NCBI GenBank assembly: GCA_038496445.1
Contig: JALMLS010000502.1
Coordinates: forward strand, 1 to 64,000
Length of the DNA: 64,000 nt
Direction of reading: 5' to 3'
Origin: Trichosphaerium sp. ATCC 40318
Taxonomy: Eukaryota; Protista; Tubulinea
Shown: positions 51,298 through 62,930 of the stretch, piece by piece
Layout: the number at the start of each line of letters is the position of its first letter
How positions within the stretch are numbered: the stretch's first letter is position 1
The notes under the pieces: model-generated
What the model was told of the DNA's origin: nothing
Database searches by the model: none
The model's input: only the letters and a program-made list of their open reading frames with translations
Position numbers and translations under genes: made by a program

Positions 51298-52160
51298 TTA
51301 CATACTTATCAGTACTATTAACACAGAAAGGTTATGCACTAATTGAACAGCGCCTGAGTTTACAGTTGAGCTTGATGGACTGATTGGACCAGCAGTGCTA
51401 TTAAACGCAGTTGTAGGAGGAACAGTGGTGCTAGTGAGAGTTATAGGCGCTTCTGTGGTTGTAATTGGATGTAGTCGTTGGCTTTGTAGGCGCTTCTGTC
51501 GTTGGTGGTGCTGTAGTCGGCGGCAGGGTCGGCGGACCTGTTGTTGTTGGTGGAGGGCACTCAACAAAGTCGAAACTTTCAGCAAACAAATATGAAATCG
51601 TGGTGCTACAATTAGGTGCGGTTCTAGCCCTTCCATGACAACCTATAAAAGAGTGAATACAGAATAACAAAAAGGACTCTATTATTTTGGGAGGTCAATC
51701 ATACCATAGCTACACCACAGCTGGGTGGTACCGCTTGTTCAAAACTCAAGTCCAGCCACGTGATTTTTATTCCCAATCGGGTCGTGAAATCACTTTCAGG
51801 GAGAAGGCTTGATGCGACAGCATTCGATACTGACACTGAACCAATAGCAATGCGATCGTTTATGGATCATGCTACGAGGAAGGAATTAAATGGAGATGGT
51901 GTAGCAACAACATCAATAAATGATGAAGTTGTTGTGTTATGGTCTATTGTTCTGATGATATTCAGCGTTGCATTTTGTTCACATGATAGTTTAAACAGAA
52001 TTGTTTTGGCTACCAGTCCATTTAGGGAGTCTGTATAAGACACTGCAAATAGATCTGATACTTCGTTGTATGCAATAGAAAAGCCTTCAATGGCATTGGT
52101 AACGTGGTACGTTGACGCCACAAAAGCCAATCGGTAACTAAACCCAAGATCGTAACTAAC
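51298..52160 (-). pseudogene. 5'-truncated, disabled paralog of the mucin-like surface protein at 53794-55996
   Basis: Shares SIAYN, LF.LSCE, DHN.T, WLDLS, CGVA, a PT-rich stalk and a GPI-like tail with the paralog. It has a TGA at 51867-51869 where the paralog has Trp, and two frameshifts (~51625, ~51470). Confidence 0.75.
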
Positions 52161-52210
52161 TAAAAGCGAATAATGTTAAGTGATGATAAGTACTGTTCGA
52201 TAGCGACTCA

Positions 52211-53525
52211 ATGGTAGCGCTGGCTCTCTTTATCACTAGTCTATTCGTAAGCGCATTAGGATTCCCACCTGATTGTTCTAGGCTTGAACGTAAGTGTTAT
52301 TTTCCAGAAAAGATCCTGGATTTGATTTAAAATAAATTAGTTGGTGGCAAGCAGTATGATCTTTCTCCCCTCACTGTACGTCCGTTACTTTAAATATTTT
52401 TTACTAAAACAGGGTTTCTGACTCGTATAAATACGTAAAATAGTAGAACTTACGCCAGATACAATCATTTGATGTTTCTAGAGTGTGTTCTAGTTAAACA
52501 AAAAAAAAAAATCCCAAAAAATGACGAACATCATTTCGTACTATTTTATTAAAGGCACGTGATAGGCTTTGGGTATTCAAGAAAATAAAGGTAACTCTGG
52601 CACTGAATGGTATTTTAAATGGTCTGTCTGTGGTCACGGCCAAAGCTGTGGTAACGTAGGTGCGTTTGTGGCACAAAATGCTCCAGAGTTTTTCTATTGA
52701 CTTTTTGCAAAGGTAACAACGAATGTGCAGTGTGTTCATCCTGGTTCAGTTCCTCGTACTGTGAAGGAAAGTATACACAAGGAACGACAACTATTGGTCA
52801 CTACAAAGATACCAAAGGAGACGAAGGAGTTGAGTTTGAGTTTACCTGTACACTTCTTTGCTTTTTTCTTTCTTCCTTCGTTGCTGAATTTTATACAATA
52901 GCGGGTGACCTTGGCGCACAAGCTACAGTCACTCTGATTTGTGACCCAAATTACAACGGTATGTATACAGAGTTGACTCAGAATTGAGTCGGACAATTGT
53001 TAAAAAAAACCTCAAACACGTGATTAAAAACAAAAATAGGGTTTGAGAACACTGTTGTTGATAACGTAAATTCATTACATCCTAAAGTATGAAAAAAATG
53101 GTTTTGTTTGATGTTCATTGACTTTATTTACTAGATAACACTAAGATCAAAGAATGCTTGTCCAGTGGTAAAAGATAGCAGCGGCGGAAAAGGTGGTGTT
53201 AGTGTCGGAACAATCCTTCTCATTTTGTTCATTCTGGGTGTTGTCTTGTACGTTGTTTCTGGTGTCATGTGGAACAGATTTAAGAGGTACCTTCCATGCT
53301 ATGAGCCTATGCGGTTTACTTAAGAGCTGTTTCAGACAACAACCATGGAGCGACAAGCACCATTTACTTCCGAATTATTACTTTTGGATGAATCTCCCAG
53401 GATTCGTCAAAGATGGAGTTATGTTCATTGTTAATACTGCCACCAGAAGTCAAGGTGAATACGGATCTACTACTGAGTATGAACCTCCAGCCAGAGAATT
53501 ACCGGGTGTAGCAGAAAACACGTAA
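52211..53525 (+). CDS. Mannose-6-phosphate-receptor-homology (CD-M6PR/ATG27-like) type I membrane protein
   Basis: Signal peptide, QYDLSPLT, WSVCG, VTLICDP, SKNACP, TM segment SVGTILLILFILGVVLYVVSG, and LPNYYFWMNLPGFVKDG. Confidence 0.85.
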
Positions 53526-53793
53526 ATTTTAAAGCGATAAAAAAATACTGTTCAAAATAGCAAAGTTGTAATAACAGCACGACATAATAATACAAGACTT
53601 AAATACAATTTCAGTTGGGAGTTTTTGATACCTTAACTCTCATGATAACATACAAAAAGGCACTCACGTGTTTGTTTAAACATGTGTCTATTGTTTACCC
53701 ATATTAACCATGCTCTTTATGAATTGTGATCAGTCCAAAATGAGAAAAATTAGTTGATTGAATCTGCAGTTCGATTTATTCCAAGTTGTGTGT

Positions 53794-55996
53794 TTACAAG
53801 GAGAAGATTACAATCAAGCATACAAACACAGCAAAGTTATAAACTGATTGAATTCCTGAGCTTGTTGGAGCAGAAGGCATAGTAGGTGCACTTGTAGTTG
53901 GTGCAGTTGGTGCACTTGTAGTTGGTACGGTTGGTGCACTTGTAGTAGGCATCACTGGAGCAGTAGGCATAGTTGGTGCACTTGTGGTTGGTACAGCTGG
54001 TGCACTTGTAGTTGGCGGTGCAGTAGGTGAAGCTGTAGTTGGTGCACTTGTGGTAGGTGGGAGTGTTGTTGGTGCTTGTTGACACATAACAAACGTGGTA
54101 TCATCAGTTGCTACAGTAAAAGCAACCGTTGAGTTCGAACCTGTAGGAAGTGATCTGTCACTTTCTACTGCAATCTATAAAAAGAATAAATTCTCTCTTG
54201 TTTTTAAAGATGTTAATCGTACAATAGCAACACCACATGTTGGGTCTTGTTGTGATTTTACATCTGATAAGTCCAACCACGAGATTTGTGGTCCAGTGCT
54301 GTCTATAAAGTCATTTGCAGGAAGCGTAGTTGTTGTAGTGAATGCACTCGAGTTTGACAATGAAGCAACGTAAAAAGTGTCAACTAATCGCCATACTATG
54401 AGAAAAGAACTTTCTGCAGATGGTGTGGCTGTAATTGAAGCACCTCTCGAAGTATCATTATGGTCAACAGCTGAGATGACATTTGGTGTTGAACCCGCTT
54501 CACAAGATAGAGTAAATAGCACTGATCTTATACGGTCGGGATCGCCTTCTTCTCTAAAGACAACTCCGAATTGATCTAACCTCTTGTTGTATGCAATAGA
54601 AATTTCATCAAGTACGGCGGAGGTTATGTTAACAATAGTTTGTTCGAAAGCATGCTAGAGAGATTGTTAGTAGATGACCTTGGAAGGACAAAAAAGAATG
54701 TATCTTACTCTTAACCCATTTTGTATAGCTGTAACCTGAATAACACCTGCATTACTATTTGATCTAAATGCTGACACATAACACTCTCCTTTACCCACAG
54801 TCACATCAGAAAAAGGAGGATCATCGGTAACTAAAGACAAATTGTATTAGCACAGAAAAAAAAGAAAAAAGAAAACTCATACAGTTGCCAGGTTTTAGCG
54901 TAACGTTTTTTGTGCCTGCATCGACTGCCAAAGAAACCAATTTGTCGTTGCTATCAATATAATTGACGATGTAACTATCAATAGCTATACAACAAAGAAA
55001 CCGTTAGTTTTATGTTATAACACATGTTCAGACATTGCGAGAATATCAAAAAAAAAATCCAAAGAAAGAAACAGAAAATATCGACTTTACATACATCGAT
55101 CATAAGAGATACCATCAACAAAATAAAACTCAGGGACTTGAGGGAATGCTAATTCTGCTGACATTACAAAACCCTAAAACAACAAAATTGGTTAGCTCAT
55201 TGAGAAGGAGAAGAAAATGGGAAAAACGTACAGTTGAATTTGCGGTAAAAAAACGCATTGCGCATCGCGCAAAAATTGATCCTCTTTTCATTGGACCAAA
55301 ATCCGGGTCACATGCTAGTAGTGCAAACTCGTTGGTACCATAAACAAGACCAACAGGCTCAATACGATTATTATTAGAATCTAGAAATCTGAACCTGTAG
55401 GTAACATTTTGCATACCTTCAACAACAAAAAGAGTTAGTAAAAAAACACGATAAATCAAAGGGAGGTAAAAATAGAAAAAAACACTGCAAAAAAAAAACA
55501 CCGCAAAAAAATTGTACGAGTTGGGTTACCTCACTACCAAAAAAGGTAAGGCAAATAAATGAAATTCATAAGTTGGGCGAATACCAAAAAATAAGTTAAA
55601 ACAAGCGGAGTTTTGAGGTACAGTCTTTTTTTTCTCTTTGTTGCGTACTAGGTGCTAGTATTACAGACATCTCCACAGGCTGGGTTTGCCCATTCGAGCG
55701 CTTGCCTGCGTTCTCCATTCTTATCTCGCTAGCGAAGCACACGGTGGGCCCATGAGGACTAACAACACCTGAGGCAACAAGCGGAATAAAAAAGCCTTCT
55801 TCGGCGGCAGGGTTTAGCGATGCTTCAACGCCATCCAGAGTACGTAAGTCTTGCCATTCGATTGGTTCTTGACCTAATAAGGGTATTAACGGTACCGTGG
55901 AGGTATTAATGAGAAATTACTAAGGTACGTACTGATGACTACTACGGCAAGTACTTGTAGTATTGCTAGTATAATTATCCCGCGAAAAGGGCTCAT
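53794..55996 (-). CDS. Cell-surface protein with a Pro/Thr mucin-like stalk and probable GPI-anchor signal
   Basis: Signal peptide [20 protein letters not shown], beta-rich ectodomain over several exons, PTTSAPT repeats, terminal [22 protein letters not shown]. Confidence 0.75.
53866..54075 (-). repeat. Coding tandem repeat, about 24-nt unit encoding PTTSAPTx
   Basis: Repeated ggtgcacttgt(a/g)gt(t/a)gg on the + strand, about 6 clear copies. Confidence 0.9.
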
Positions 55997-56269
55997 TGTT
56001 GCAAACAAAGTTGTATAATTTTGGAATGTTTGTTGAGTTAGCTTAATTGTATCTGCGTTTAAGTGCCTATGTAATTTCACCTGAAAAAGAATTTTGTTAA
56101 AATACGTCGCTGTGCTACAAAAACTTAACTTTCACTACATTGTAGAAAACTTGCTTGGACTGTAACATTAAAAATTTCCGTGAAATTGGTGTTTTCGCTA
56201 ATCAATTTTAGCACTTTTTAGACAAAATAATGAAAAGACTGACAACCTTATTCGTGAAAGGTTATGAAC

Positions 56270-57210
56270 TCCTATATAGGTGTCCATACAACGTTATCAA
56301 CTCAATATAAGTGTCCATACAATGTTGCCAGTATTCTCCTTATTTGAAGCATGATTAGCTAATTGGGAGAAATCACATCATTTATTTTTCATATAGAGCC
56401 TGTGGTTCACATAGAATTTTGGCCCAGACATTATTCTCCTGTGTCGGTTGAAGTAAATCATTGTGATGTCAACCTTTCATCACCGCAAGCCTCAGTTTCC
56501 GACTCTTTGACAGTTTTAGGCTTACATTCAACAATCACAGTTCAGAATGGCACTCAACCACGTTTCTTATGAAAGCTGCAATATAATAAAGCCATGACAA
56601 CATAAAAAAGTGTCGTACATATTAGTGGTTTGAACGAAGACTCCGATCAAGGTATTCACACAGTGCAGCACATTATTTTATCAAAAATATCATTCCAAAA
56701 AAAACAGAAAACGCATTTAGTTTCTCAATGCTACAGTTCTATTCAGCTCAAACTTACTATGCAAATTTGCACTATGTATAAATAGTTCTAGCGCAATACC
56801 TTATTCAACCACTTAGCGAAATTCTCTATTTCAACACACTTTTCACAATAGCAATATGATTTTTTTTTTTGTCGACTTGTACTTCATTGCCAGCAATTGT
56901 CATTCAATTGGCCATTCTGTACCGTCAAGATGATTCCCCTTAACTTACAAGTGGTTATTTCTATCTCGTGTGTATTCTCCTAGCTTCACATCATTAATGC
57001 ATTGTTCGTGTAATGGTCGTTATCACGCAAAAACTTGCACAATAATACTATTGCGTTGTAAAAGCAATTGGCCATACCAGTACATGTATTCTCCTTGTAC
57101 CACATTGTCAACATAATGACATTGTATGTACAGTTGGCCATGGCAATGCCAACAGTTCCATGACGTGCATCATTCACTTTGCTCTTCCAAATGGCCATTG
57201 CCACAAAATT
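56270..57210 (-). pseudogene. Decayed MORN-variant repeat gene
   Basis: Fragments FCGNGHL, WHCHGQLYIQCHYVDNVVQGEYMYWYGQL, NGQL and GEYWQH, broken by stops and indels. They resemble the 28413-29387 repeats. Confidence 0.55.
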
Positions 57211-57396
57211 TACTTCTGATTTTCAAGAAAGTCATTAGTCTAGGATTTTAGGCGTTGTCAATCGTATTGGCTAGTTTAGTTCTGGTAACGCTCACGAAGT
57301 GTACAAGTGGCTTTATAATGACAATAATTTGAAGTGATTGAAAATCAGTTTACATTCTCTGATTGATGTTTTATTTGTACCAATAGCCCTATAACC

Positions 57397-58920
57397 ATGA
57401 CAGCACATGCACACTGTACTGAAGAAACTATACCAGATGGTTATGCATACTATAGAGAAGATGACTCTGAACCGCTTTATAATATATCTAATTTCTGTTT
57501 TACAAACGACAGTGATGACCTAGTTGATATTGAAAGCGATATAGATGATGGAAATACAATTTGTTGTGGGTTTCTGACAGTAAAAGAAAAAACAAACAGT
57601 TCCTTATCTCCTGATTGTACGTTCGCAAGTGAAATTTTCATATAATAACGCTGTTTTGCTTAAACAGTTTTTTAACGTTTTTGTGGTTAGCAAGGTCTCC
57701 AATTAAAATATATGTTGACCATTGGGACGTTGAGTATGGTGAGAGTATAGAAGATTCAGCATTATGGATAAAGGGCACGATAGGATGGCACGTGTCACGT
57801 GAACTTTTTTTTTTTTTTTTTTTTCGGCTAAATTCTTTTTTTAAAGGTTTCGACTTGTTGATCCTTCTCCTCGTTTTAGAGGGCTATACCAACTATTATG
57901 GAATAAAGCATTTATTCTTTTTCATATTCATTTCACGTGTGAGGCCGAAACATCAATAGAGGGTCTATTACGTAATGTAAGAGAAGAGGCTGTTCATTTT
58001 GGTTTTTTTTTAATCGTGTTTTTTGTAGCTCGAATGGCGTGAGACACCTATTTCTAGAGCTGACGTATTTCGATACTGGAACTTTATTATGGAACATAAA
58101 CTAGATGATACATTTAATGAAGGCGTTTGTGAGAACCTAGTACGTAACCGTTGGTACTTTGCAACGAGGCTTATTATTAAAAAAGGAAAAAGAATCAAAA
58201 AAATGGAAAACCAAGCACAGATGTACGCTTATATTGTTGAACTAAAAACTCATAATCTATTACAGATGACAAGTCTCCATTAAGTAATTATCCTCTATAT
58301 TTGAGTCTGGAACAAAGTGAGAGAGTAGAGCCAAAGATAGAGAAAAAAGTAGCCAAGACATCGAGGGAGAAAAGAAAAACACAACGAGAAAGGAAAAAAA
58401 GAAAGGTGAATTCATCTGAATCGTCACGCTCAAGAAAAAGACCTAAGGTTATGACTAATATCACAAATTGGAATGCACATAGAACCACAAGAAGTAACGC
58501 AAAGAAAAACGGTATGCAAAACTTGTTAGAAGCACGTGAAGCTAAAAAACATTAGTCGAAATTGCACTTTCTCAAGTTCCTTCAAGACTTTGGCATCTAG
58601 GCGCATTGCAATGCCCTTTTTGTTTGAAATGTTTTGATGCTAACATTGGATCATTACAATTACACTTAAGAAAACATACATTAAATGTCTTGAGGAGTAT
58701 TAAAGATGAGGATAAGACTAACATTCTGAGCACTTCGTTCCTTAATCAAATGAGAATTCGAAATGCTATAGAAACTCAGATATGTACACTTGATGACGGT
58801 AACATAATTGCGAACTTCTATGGTAAAGCCCTTAATAATGATGCATCGAGTATATCAGAAAAGAAACCATTCAGACTTGGTCCGATGCCTTCAAGACTAA
58901 AGCAAAAAAAAGTGAACTAG
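57397..58920 (+). CDS. DNMT1-RFD (RFTS)-like domain + basic NLS region + C2H2 zinc finger protein
   Basis: PLYNISNFCF...LVDI...ICCGFL...VDHWDVEYG...LWIKGTIGWFRLVDPSPRFRGLYQLLWNKA, then CPFCLKCF...LQLHLRKH in the phase-compatible last exon. Confidence 0.65.
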
Positions 58921-59436
58921 ATTGTAAAAAGAGGCTTAGTCAAAGTAAAATTTGTTCTGCAATATGTCTTCGTTGTTAACAATGAATTGCATGCTAGTGA
59001 TTTATGTACGATACCATATACTCGTTTTCACCTTAGAAGCACAAAACAGTGTTCAGTAAGACATAAACGTGGCTGTGTTGGAAATTCTTTTCGAGGCGAA
59101 ATTTTTTGGTGTTTCAGTTAATCTTTGCATGTGACACGTGAAAAATATTACGCTATATTGGTTATTGTAATAGATATTATTGTACACTGCATGTATTTGA
59201 TGGACCACGTGAGTTCAGAAATAGAAAAGCAAAACGATCTTCATTTTCGGGAGATGCATTCACCTATTCAATTAATTACTTCGTACTGACATTTCACAGT
59301 TACTATTTTTAAATATTATTTGTACCTCATGATAAAGTATATTTGGATCGAAGAATATAGCAGTTCCAGGTTCATTGGCAAACTGTACAAAGTGAACAAA
59401 AGTTAAAAAGTCATGACTTAAAAAAAAAGACTGTTT

Positions 59437-60090
59437 TCATTCTCGTACTTTAATATTAAGGTTTGTCAACTTGACATTCCCACCACTTGACCAATTACCA
59501 GCGTACATAATAGTAGGCAAGAAGTAGAAGCATTCATTATCATAATGAGCACGTTGGTCATCACAATTTTCTCCAAAAATGACATCTGTATACATTCCAA
59601 AAATGTACTTAGGATCTTTACCACCATGATACCTTTCAAACAAAAACTCAACATCAACAGCCATAAACACAAGCTTTATCACTTACTTGCGAGCAACACT
59701 AGATTTATGTTTTGCTATACGTTCATGTACAGACGTCATCCAAGGAAACACAGAAGTCCACGTGTTTTCAACAATTTTATAAACGTCATCTTGCACATTA
59801 GAATCATAAGCAGTGTCTTCTACAAGGTCGTATACATCATCAGGCATATCTAAGATATGACCAATGGTCTCTGCACCATCTAACGATTGGGAAACACGCT
59901 TTAGAGTGGTGAAGGGGCCGTCGCTGTGTCAGATGTCAATTTGGTAGAAAACAATTACTAGGGGTATTTTACGCACGGAGACAGTGTATAGGGTAGCTTG
60001 TCGCTAATGTTGGCCCATTTTGAGTCGTTTTTATCGTTAATTGTTATGTACAGAGTTTTATTGAGCTCTGAACGCGTTATGATATCGTCT
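59437..60090 (-). CDS. Hypothetical multi-exon protein; 5' end unresolved
   Basis: Three phase-compatible exons (YITINDKNDSKWANI..., DGPFTTLKRV...FPWMTS, IKLVFMAVDVEFLFERYHGG...). Confidence 0.45.
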
Positions 60091-60550
60091 TAGTACGAAA
60101 GGCAGTATTACCTGATGGAATTAGCTTTGTGGTTCCTTGTTGTCTCTTTAGCTCTGAAACGATCCTCTGCTCCTCTAATTCGCATGTACTGCATCGTTTG
60201 TGTGAGTGTCTCGTTTTAATTCGCTTGCTTAGGGCTCTGTTGGCAATAGTTCTTGAAAACAGCATGCTCGGGTGAAATACATGTACCTTGCATACGTTTC
60301 GGTTGAACTGAACTTACTTTGCGGTTTACATTGAAAATTGCGAGTTTTTCAGTTTTTTTGAGCTGGTGCCACAACAGCACGAAACTCACCCCTTCTGGGT
60401 CTTCAAATACCTCGATGCATAGGATCACGGCCACTGGCAACCCTTTGTACGCAATATCAAGCATTTTTGCTTTTAGGCGACTGTGAGGATCTTGAAATGC
60501 CACAAAAGGAACCGATTGCTTCAATAAGCAACGCAACAGTGAAAAGATAG

Positions 60551-62930
60551 CTTATTCAGTTTAGTAAAAAAGCCTTGGAAGTTCAGAAGGAACTCAAAGA
60601 GTGGGTGTTGCGTAAAAAAGGCCATGCAGTCATTAAAGCAGGAGCTGGAGCAGGAAAAACAACAACACTCCTTAACAGTACGCTATACCGTCATTTACGC
60701 TTACAACACTCCTAAATCGCTCGTTTCTACGCTAAAACTAAAATGTCAATGAACTAAAGCATTATTTCCTCAAACCGCTTTTAATTACCCTTAAACATAC
60801 TACAGTCGCAAAAGAATGGAATAGCGATGGATTATGGCTTGTATACAACAGAGACAGAGCTAATAGAACGAAATTCTCTTTAAAAAACGATAAAATCGCT
60901 GTAAAGACATTTCACGAGGCTGGTAAATCAGTTCTTATCAAAAACAAGATTCTTACAGAAAATCAAAAAATTAATGACAAGAAAAGACAACAGATTTTAT
61001 ATGATATATTGGACCTTAATAACCAAGAGGTTGATGGATTTGTTGAACCTATACAATATTTGACAGCAGATAGACATTATCAGTACCTTCAGAACAATGC
61101 TATTCGAGGAGAGATGGACAAAGACGAGACAATAAATCAACTTGAATTGCACGTGGATTTTTTTTTCTTTGTTTTTCTTCTTTGAATGAGTATTTTTATT
61201 TGTTTTCTTCTCTGTTCTCTGATAGGTTACCTGTATTTATTTAATTCTTATGGTCGCTTAGGATTGGTGCTGATCTTAATGAAATTAATGTTGATGATCA
61301 TGTTGATATAATGCAAGAGCTCATGCAACGTGCAACAGACTTTGATACATATGGTTATGATTTCGGTGATATGATTTGGTTACCTTCTATTCTTGATGTA
61401 GAGTTTCCAAAGCCTGCGCTTGTTATTGTTGATGAGTTACAAGATGCCAACTTCTCACAGATGTTCCTCGTTAAGAAGGTAATAGATTCACTGCTCTAGT
61501 GCAACCCTTTTTGTTGTGAAACAATTAAAAAATGTTTCGTTTAGACTGTTGGCGATAGTGGTATTTGTGTTGCCGCTGGTGACCCTTATCAAGATATTAA
61601 CGGTCATCAAGACTCTGATTTGTGTAATGGGTTTAAAGAATTGCAAGGGTTGACTACATCAAGCGGTTTAGAAGTCAAGGTATGGTCATTGTATAAATTT
61701 TGGTTTTGTTAATGTTGTGCTTCGCTTGCTTTAGGAGTTTAAATACAATCAGTCTTTCAGATGCGGTAAGGGTATGCTTACGGCTAAAGGGATAAACTCT
61801 GAACTCATTGCGAATCCAGAGCGTACTTGTAAGAATTTATTGGTTAAACTTTTTTTAATTTTGCGTATAGTCAAGGAGAAGATATGGCCAGAAGTTGGAC
61901 TTTTCTTGGAGGAGGTTAAACCAGGTGACTTGTTATTATCAGGAAAAAATCATACACTGCTTAAGCATGCAGCATTACTGGTAGCAGAGCATGGTATAAA
62001 TGTACGGTGGTCGTAAACAGCAAAGATTTCGAGAAACAAACAAAAAAACCCCCAAACAATCTTTTTCTTATGTCATAAAATAGGTCGTACTGAACGGATA
62101 CTCTGATCAACTATCTAAATTCGTACCATATTATCTAAGTACATTATATGAGAACGAAGGTGAAATCAAGGAAGCACAGCGTATGGTATGGTAGTTAAAG
62201 CGTCTTACCACGTGATAATCACGTGCTAATAATTTTTTTGTAAACAGATCGTCGAAGAAGCTGCTGTTAATAATGACGAAGTTAAACATAAAACTGGTAA
62301 CGTTCAGTTATGCGCTCTAGCTATTATTCTTCATTGGACAAAACAAAGATTAATGTTTGATCAAATGAAGGATAAGTGGGCCATTATTTCTGAAAAGAAA
62401 CCTGTAGTGTGCGTTTCCATACAAGACTTTGTTTGTCTTATTTATTTTCTTACTTTTTTTTCCAGATTGTCAACAATACATTCCTGTAAAGGTATGGAGA
62501 GTGATCGGGTTTATATTATCCCAGAAAAGTGCGACGAACACAAACAGTTTTATATACCAAGGTAACAAACTAAGCCAATTTCTTTACCTATGTTGGGCTA
62601 ATTTTTTTTGTTAAAGAATGCCTGGCTTTCGTTTCTGGCAAAAGACCCGAGAAGTGTACCAACTAGAAAAACAGTGTCTAGCCTATGTTGCAGCAACTAG
62701 AGCAAAGGAGCGCCTCATTTGGGTTGGCAACGCATACACCGAAACTGTAATAGGTACACGACGTTTTGTTTGTTTTTTTTTGGGTTGGTTTTTATGTTTT
62801 TCTTGAGAACTACTTCTGAATAATTTCGTAATTAATACCAATTGTCTCTTCACATCATTTATTAAAAATTGTTTTAGACGTACCAGATGGATTTTGTCCC
62901 GAAGAAGAAGATTACGCTGAAGACCAATAA
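60551..62930 (+). CDS. UvrD/Rep-like superfamily 1 DNA helicase; 5' end unresolved
   Basis: AGAGAGKTT, LVYNR, KTFH, IVDELQD, AGDPYQDI, NQSFRC, STIHSCKGMESDRV, AYVAATRAKERL. Confidence 0.9.

Noticed and set aside
51867-51869. TGA aligned with Trp, suggesting a UGA=Trp genetic code
   Set aside because: The same copy has two frameshifts and a truncation. Intact genes use TGG for Trp, and several end in TGA.
53866-54075. Regular short repeats as a CRISPR-like array
   Set aside because: The units abut without unique spacers and encode a Pro/Thr mucin stalk in frame.
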